Below are positions 13,144 through 20,000 of a stretch of DNA of 20,000 nucleotides, piece by piece. Positions within the stretch are counted from its first letter, which is position 1, and the number at the start of each line of letters is the position of its first letter. The position numbers and the translations under genes were made by a program. The notes beneath the pieces are model-generated. The model had not been told where the DNA came from. It worked only from the letters and a program-made list of their open reading frames with translations, and made no database searches. Source of the stretch: Conidiobolus incongruus B7586 (lineage: Eukaryota); assembly GCA_000697335.1 (NCBI GenBank), contig JNEM01011206.1, positions 57,815 through 77,814 on the forward strand, written 5' to 3'.

Positions 13144-16100
13144 TTACAAATAGGTATAGTAGGTTAAAGTATTCTTAATATTTTCTAGAGGTTCTTATGT
13201 AGCTTCTTTAAAAAAATAACCCATCTATTATACATAAAAATAAAGTTTATTCCTAATAGATTTAAACTTAATTATGTAATCAATATAGTATTTTTCTTCT
13301 CTATCTTAATTAATAATTAGATCTAGTTTTAAAGTTTTTAATCAATTAAGAAAAGTGTTAAAATCTTTAAAGTATAGTTTAATTTTAGATATATAAAAGG
13401 TAAAGTTGATCCTCAAAGTTAAAAGTAATTCTAAGGTAATATTTTCAAAATTTGAATCAATAAATTAAATTTTATAAGGATTATAATATAATGGTAAGTA
13501 TTTGGGATTTAAGCTAGATTTAAGTAGGGTAGGTTTAAGGGTAGATTATTCTAAGTATACAAACATACTAGTTTTATATTTAAAAGGGTTTTTAGATAAC
13601 TTTAAGTATTGTTGTTTTATAATCCTTTAATTTTCTTCTAAGTTAAATTTAACAAGAGAATTAATATGTTTGATATTAGATTAAAATTCAACAATATCTA
13701 AAGGTAAGTTGATTTAAAGTTTTAGAGTAATTATTAAATTAGGATGTTTGTTATAATTAATGAAATAAAGGCTAAAACCTGTTGATTTATTGATAAAGGT
13801 GTTAAATAAATATTAGAGTTGGTAGATATAAGCATTTTAATTTAACTGATTAGTGTTAATATAGGCTTTAATTATTTACTTTAGGGTTTTAATAGTTCTT
13901 TTAACAAGTTTATTAGTTTGATGATAATTAGTAGTAGATATAACTAGGTTAATCTTAAAAGAAAAGGATAGTAACTTCTAGAATCAAGAGTTAAATTACA
14001 CATTTCTATCAGATACAATAGTTTGTAGAATTCTATAGTGGGTAAAGATATTAGAGAATAACAATTGTGCAACATCTTTAACTGTAGAAGTTTTAAAACA
14101 AGGAATAAAATAAACATATTTGGAAAATGAATCAATTACAATCAATAAGTTATTATAACTATTTGTTGATTTAAGGATTTCTATAAAATTAAGCTGGATT
14201 TGTTGTTAAGTTTTATTAGGGATTTATAAGGGAATAAGTTTACCATATTTTAGTTGAGTATTATATTTAGTTCTTTAGCATATATCACAGGTATTGGTGT
14301 ATTTCTACACTGATTTAACTAGGGAAAGCTAGTAATACTTTGTTTTAATTCTCTCAGCAGTCTTTAACTAGTTTTAATGTCCTCTAACAAGTAAGTTATA
14401 GTATTCATTAAATATTGTTTGTTGGATCTTGGGAATGTTAGGAATATATAGACAATCATTATAATATAGTAAGTTATTGATAATTTTAAATCTTTTGACA
14501 TATTTTAGTTAGTTTTCTAATGGTTTAAAGAGTTCTTCTTTAACTAAAATAAAGAAATTATTATTTAATAGTGTTTCTTAAAGTAGTTTAATAAATTCTT
14601 TATTTCTTTTATTAATAATCATTAAGTTAATATTTGCTGGATTTTTATAATTAGAACAAAAGGGTAGGTATGTAAGATTTTTTAACAAAGTATCTATAAT
14701 ATAGTTTTATTAACCTAAGAGATATTGAATAAAGAAAAGGTAAGCTTAGATAATTTTAATCTTTTGACATATTTTAGTTAGTTTTCTAATGGTTTAAAGA
14801 GTTCTTCTTTAACTAAAATAAAGAAATTATTATTTAATAGTGTTTCTTAAAGTAGTTTAATAAATTCTTTATTTCTTTTATTAATAATCATTAAGTTAAT
14901 ATTTGCTGGATTTTTATAATTAGAACAAAAGGGTAGGTATGTAAGATTTTTTAACAAAGTATCTATAATATAGTTTTATTAACCTAAGAGATATTGAATA
15001 AAGAAAAGGTAAGCTTAGATAATTTTAATCTATCTAACTTATCTTTTTAATAAATGCTTCTGAGTATTTAAGTAGATAAGTGATTTGTGGTTTATAAGTG
15101 TTAAAAAAAAGTTGTAGAATAGGAAATATAAGTGATTTTTGATTATTTCTACTAAAGCAAAGAGTTTTTGTTTATAAACTAGGTATTTCAATTCAGCTGG
15201 TTTTATTTTTCTTAACCAGAATGTTATTGGTTTTAAGGTAACATTTGTAGGGTTAAACTTAACTTGTTCTCCCCTATTTATTATTTTATTTTATAATTGT
15301 AGGGTAAAATATAAATTAAATTTAAACTAGGCTAACTATCTACTAATTGTAAAAAAACTAGAGTCAATAAAAATAATAGTAGGTAGTTTTAAATTAAAGA
15401 TAAATAAAGCAAAAGCATTGATAATATAGAAAATCAAAGCATTTATACTAAAAGTATATAATGGGGTTTATTTAAAAAAAGAGTCTTTTTTCAAGAGATT
15501 AGTAAAAAAAGCTGTTAATTCAACAAAAGAATCAATGAAATTTTTAAAGTAATTTAATAATCTAAGTATAAACATAAGTTGATCTTTGTTTATAAATATA
15601 GTAAAAGCTTTAACACCATTGAGTTTAGTTAGATCAATACTAATCTTTTAAGAGGAAACAATATAACCACAGAAAAAGATAGAAGAGGCACCAAAAATAC
15701 ATTTTAATAGTTTCAAAGGTAATTTATGTTCTTGAATAATTTGTAAGACTTAATTAACATGTTAAATATATTCTTCTTTAGTTTTTAAATAGATTAGGAT
15801 ATTATCAAGGTAAGTGATAACAAAGTTATTAAAGATAAGGTTGAAAAGGGAATTGATAAATTAAATAAAAGTTGTAAGAGTATTACACAATCTAAAGTTT
15901 ATAACAGTAAATTTATAGTGGCTTAAAAGAGTATTGAAAGTAGTTAAAGGGATAGAGTTTTCTTTAACTTTAATGTTGTAATATCTATTCTTAACATCTA
16001 GTTTGGTAAATATAGTTGATTTAAGTAGTTTATCCCTAACATCATATAAGTTTAGTAATAAAGTTTTATCCTTGATAGTTTTAGAGTTTAAAACACAGTT

Positions 16101-18021
16101 ATTAATATATAGTTTTTAACCACCATTAACCTTTTATACAAAGAAGATTAGAGATTTTTATAGTGAGGAAAAAAGTCTAATGTACCCATTTTTAAGTAGT
16201 TTTTGGATTTCTTCTTTCAAGGTTTAGTATTGTTTAAGAGATAAATGGTAAGTAAACTTTAAGTATAGTTATATACCAGGGATTAGTTTAATTTTGTGTT
16301 TAATATTATGTTTAGGTGGTAATTTATTCACAGGTTCAAAAACATTAGCAAATTAACTTATTGTATTGTATAGGAAGTGGTTATTAAATATAACTTTATT
16401 AAAATCAACAGATAAAATGTTGATAGATGAATAATAAACAAATATATATCTTTATAAATTATTTAAGTTTTTGATTAACTTTTTACATTGATTTTTACTT
16501 ATAATAATAGAATTATTTGCTACAATTATAGAGTTAGTGTTAGGTAAAGTATTTAATAGTTTTATAATAGGGTAATGTAGATTTTTTAAGATTAATTCCA
16601 CTAATTTCTTTTGGAATGTGAAAAAGATAGATTTGTAGCTTTCTAAGGTAATATCCATAGATATAAAACTGTGATATTTAAACTAATTTTAACCTAGTAT
16701 AAAATTGTAACCAATTTTACCAACTAGGAATTTAATATATTGGGAGTAGTTAAGAGGTAGTGATAGGTATTTAAATACAGTGCTAAATGTCTATTCTATT
16801 AAGTTGTTAGTATATTTAATTATCAAGTTACTTTTTTAGGTAGGTAAAGATAGCTTTACAACAATAAAAGAAGAGATAATACAACTAGAACAACTAGAGT
16901 TAATTAAAACACTAACAGGTATATCTATAAAAGAACCAGTTAACACAAACAATAAAGTGATAGTTAAAGGTAAAAAATCACAAGGTGGATTAGTTACTAG
17001 AATATTTCTAGTTTCTAGTGGTTTAATCAGTTAGATTTCTCTAGTATATATAGTTTAATTTATAGAATCATTGGTTTGTTGGAATTTTTGTGGATTAGAT
17101 TAGAATCTGCTAACTAATTGTAAAAAAAGTGATTCTAAAGTTATATTAATATTATTCAAGTTTGATTTATGGTTGGTAGGTTAAGATTGTTAAGAATTAG
17201 ATAGATATTGCTTCTTTAAAGGGTATTTGTTAACTCTATAGTTAATTTAAATCTTTTGGTAGTAATAACAACCTTTGTTTGTTTTCAAATAAGCTTTAGC
17301 TTCTTCACTAAAGGTTTTCTTATAAAGCTTTAAAGTAGAAACATCTATCATTTGAAACTTAGGTGGGTTAGAGTAAAGTTTAAAAGATTGATTTTTAAGG
17401 TGGGAAGATTTAGTTATAGAGTAAAAGATATCATTAATTATAATTGCTGCATCACAAATATTAGAAAAAAACATATTATTAAAGTGTTCTCTACTAACTA
17501 ACTAGAGCTTCATTTAAAGGTTAAAGCATTGTAATAATTTGTGGATTTATTTTTCTTCAGTGATATTTGGTATATTTAAGCATATCTCATTAAATTTCTC
17601 AATTAATTGTTTTGTAAAAGTTTTTTGTTTAAGCTAGGAAAACTTTTCTCTTGTTAATTAAACTTGATTTTTTAGGTAATACCTCTCTTTAAAAGCTTTT
17701 TCCAATTGTTTAAAAGTTTGTATTCTTATAGTAGGTTATCCTCCTAAAGATTCTTTAGGATTAAGCTTGTAATGAGTTAACTACCAAGTATAAATAGATT
17801 TTTCCAAAAAAAAAAGTGGCTAATTTAAGGATATTCTCTAGATCTTCATTAAGAATTAAATCAAGGTAATTCTTTATGTTTTTAAAATAGTTTTCAAGCT
17901 TGTAAAGGTTTTTTAAGCTATTATAAGTAGTTAATTTGTTTTTAAAGATATTAAAAAGGTAGTTTAATGTATTAACTGTAGTGAAATAGCTGGTTTGTTA
18001 GATTTAAGCTCTTTGAGACAT
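13144..18021 (-). pseudogene. gag-pol pseudogene, unit 2
   Basis: Colinear copy of unit 1 with ATG at 18021, protease VLINSSC near 16890-16910, and YLDN at 15801-15812. ORF-track hits 16452-16658 and 17247-17474 are stop-free fragments of this frame. Confidence 0.92.
14489..15031. repeat. Internal 269-bp tandem duplication in unit 2
   Basis: ACATATTTTAGTTAG at 14498 and 14767. Copies look identical by eye. Confidence 0.9.
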
Positions 18022-18278
18022 GTTTTTTTTAATCAAAAGTTGTTTAATATAAGCTTCTTAAAGGGTAATAAGCTTTTAAAGATTAAAATCTTAAATTCAC
18101 TTAGTAATTAAGCTACCATCATCATTAAAATAATATAAAGGTATCTCCTTTTTTGGTAGCATTATAGTGTATAGTGTTAAATTTAAATGAAATAAATTAT
18201 AGATAAAATTTAAAATAGCAATAATTAAGTTTGATACAGATAGTTATTAATATCTAGTAGGTTTTTAATAGTTTTATT

Positions 18279-18288
18279 ACTGCTACCA
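18279..18288 (-). promoter_or_regulatory. Primer-binding site, probably initiator Met tRNA (degenerate copy at 12691-12700)
   Basis: Minus strand reads TGGTAGCAG directly after the 5' LTR, complementary to the ...GCUACCA 3' end typical of eukaryotic tRNA-iMet. Confidence 0.7.
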
Positions 18289-18688
18289 TATAAGTATAGT
18301 GGTAGTTAAACTAATATAGTGTAGAGGAAAACTTAATATAAAAGTAGTGTGGTGTAGAACATAGTAATATAATGTAGCTGTAGTGTGTAAGTGTAAACAA
18401 AGTTTAATTAAGCTTTAAACTAGGATGAGTCACTAATATATTAAGATTTATATTAGGTAGTGTTAATATCCTATAATATTAATAGAATATAGTCTCAATT
18501 TTAGAAATAGTGTAAAAGTAAAAATAGTAAGAATTGAGAGGAAAAAAAAAGGAACCTAGTTTATTAGATAATTTAATACTATTTATACAATTAATTTAAT
18601 TACATAAGTATAAATTAATTATATAATTTATAGTTAATTAGATTATATGAAAGTGTATATAAGAATTTAAAGAACTAGTCTTTTAACA
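18289..18688 (-). repeat. LTR3 (5' LTR of the dimer), 400 bp
   Basis: Starts TATAAG (TG>TA), ends TTAACA, and is followed by the TSD AGATA. Confidence 0.93.
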
Positions 18689-18693
18689 AGATA
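18689..18693. repeat. Target-site duplication AGATA (right)
   Basis: Immediately follows the CA of LTR3; identical to 6694-6698. Confidence 0.85.
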
Positions 18694-18737
18694 TATATAA
18701 TAAATTATTAGCAAAAATATTAACCTTTAATATTTAA

Positions 18738-18769
18738 CTAAGGTGAGTTATAAATTTATAGGTTTTTAA
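18738..18769 (+). repeat. Inner repeat of the left Tc1 terminus
   Basis: CTAAGGTGAGTTATAAATTTATAGGTTTTTAA is the reverse complement of 19903-19934 with 2 transition mismatches; weaker similarity extends about 30 bp outward. Confidence 0.8.
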
Positions 18770-18875
18770 GATAAAAGGATATATTTAACAATATATAACC
18801 ATATTTTTTTTCTCTTTTTGTTATTATTTTATATAATATTTTATAGATATATTAAATTTTTTTATTAATATCATT

Positions 18876-19890
18876 ATACTTAAATCCTTCTTTGAAAAAA
18901 TTTACTTATATATTAATCAACTCTATAAAGAAAATAAATCAACTTATAATATTTCTAGAATTACTAGTGTTAACTAATTTATTATAGTTAAAGTTATTAA
19001 GAATAATAATAAAAATACATTTAAACTTAAATTTAAATATATTAAAATTATAAATAAATATAATAAGAAATATATTTATAAGTTAATTAATATAGGTAAA
19101 TATAATATTATTGTAGAAATATAACTAGAATTATAAAATTATATAAGATTATTAATTAACATTAATATTATTATATATACTTTATATTAATATAGATATT
19201 ACTTATATTTTAAGAAAAAATACCTTTAATTAAAAAAATCCCATTATAAAATTAAATAAGAGTTTAAATATTATTATTAATATTAAATTAAAATTAATTA
19301 AAATAAAGTTATTTAATTGAATAAAATAAATATATATTTTAGTAAATTTAATAAAAAAGCTAAATATTTTGAAAAAGATATAAAATTATTTTATGATTAA
19401 TATGTTAATTTTACCTGAAAGTATAATAATAAGTTAATTATTATTTGGGAATATATATTATCTTTAGGTATAAAATATCTTTATAAAATTAATAAGGGAA
19501 TTAATATTAAAATATACTAAATTATTTTAAATAATAAATTAAAAAAATTATTAAATAAAATAATTAAATAAATTTAATGTTATTTTTTAATAGGATAATA
19601 TTTCTTATTATATTATAACTTTTATTACTAAATAACTTAAAATTAATAAGAAAATAGTTATAAAGTAACTTTTTTAGTTTTTTAACTATAACTTAATTAA
19701 ACAATTTTAAAATTAGTTAAAAAAAGTTATTAAAGCTTTCCCTTTAGTAAAAAATTTAAATTAGCTATAAAAATATATTTAAGAAGCATAGAATAAATTT
19801 AACCTTTTTTAATATAAGAAGTTAATTGATTCTATACCTTATAAATTTAAAGAAATTAAAAAAATTAAAAGTAAATATACTAAACTTTAA
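18876..19890 (+). pseudogene. Tc1-type DD34E transposase pseudogene (about 338 codons, many transition-derived stops, one frameshift near 19545-19580)
   Basis: Literal translation, then the reading after reverting transitions only: *NKVI*LNKI -> WNKVIWSDET (19299-19328); KYNNKLIIIWEY -> KHGGGSIIIWGC; F**DNISYY -> FQQDNASCH (D at 19594); *LF*FFNYNLIKQF* -> WPSQSPDYNPIEQFW (E at 19699, 34 residues after D); LIDSIP...KSKYTKL* -> LIDSMP...KGGHTKL*. Confidence 0.85.
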
Positions 19891-19902
19891 TTTTTTTTAT
19901 TG

Positions 19903-19934
19903 TTAAAAACCTATAAATTTATAATTCACTTTAG
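19903..19934 (-). repeat. Inner repeat of the right Tc1 terminus
   Basis: TTAAAAACCTATAAATTTATAATTCACTTTAG lies 12 bp after the transposase stop and is inverted relative to 18738-18769. Confidence 0.8.
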
Positions 19935-20000
19935 ATAGAATTTAAAAGTTTATATTTTAACTAATTAATAACTAAATATTATCTTTTAATAATATATATT

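Larger units (their letters stand above)
6699..18688 (-). mobile_element. Tandem dimer (LTR-internal-LTR-internal-LTR) of a degenerate Ty3/Gypsy chromovirus LTR retrotransposon
   Basis: Three 400-bp LTRs, outer termini TG...CA, and 5-bp TSD AGATA on both sides. Gag-PR-RT-RNaseH-IN-chromodomain order is present twice on the - strand. Unit periods are 6002 and 5588 bp. Confidence 0.95.
6558..20000 (+). mobile_element. Degenerate Tc1-family DNA transposon with IR/DR-type termini, interrupted by the LTR dimer; right end lies beyond the window
   Basis: Transposase relic at 18876-19890 and a 30/32 inverted repeat (18738-18769 vs 19903-19934). The TGAGTTATAAA motif recurs at about 6574-6584. The inferred left end TA|TATTAACCTACAAAAATGAGT back-mutates to a Tc1-like TA|CACTG...CAAAAGT start. 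The left boundary is an inference. Confidence 0.7.

Noticed and set aside
7142..19890. Alternative genetic code (TAA/TAG/TGA read as sense) to explain stops in conserved motifs
   Set aside because: Stops replace Trp, Gln and Arg alike, catalytic residues are also destroyed, and TOM40 uses the standard code with a TAA stop.

Overview
Very AT-rich eukaryotic, most likely fungal, genomic DNA. The first 2.9 kb holds the 3' end of an unidentified + strand gene and a complete four-exon TOM40 gene on the - strand (327 aa; introns of 51, 51 and 54 nt). About 3.7 kb of AT-rich intergenic DNA follows. From about 6558 to the window end is a nested cluster of dead transposons that the ORF track barely shows. 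A heavily mutated Tc1-type (DD34E) DNA transposon with long IR/DR-type termini has a Ty3/Gypsy chromovirus inserted in its left terminus. The chromovirus is a head-to-tail dimer with three 400-bp LTRs and a single AGATA target-site duplication. All repeat DNA shows directional C>T/G>A hypermutation (CpA-biased, no CpG found by eye over about 13.9 kb), a RIP-like signature, in what may be an early-diverging (non-Dikarya) fungus. The middle LTR looks recombinant, and both dimer units carry the same 269-bp internal duplication, apparently acquired independently. Counts and reconstructions were done by hand.
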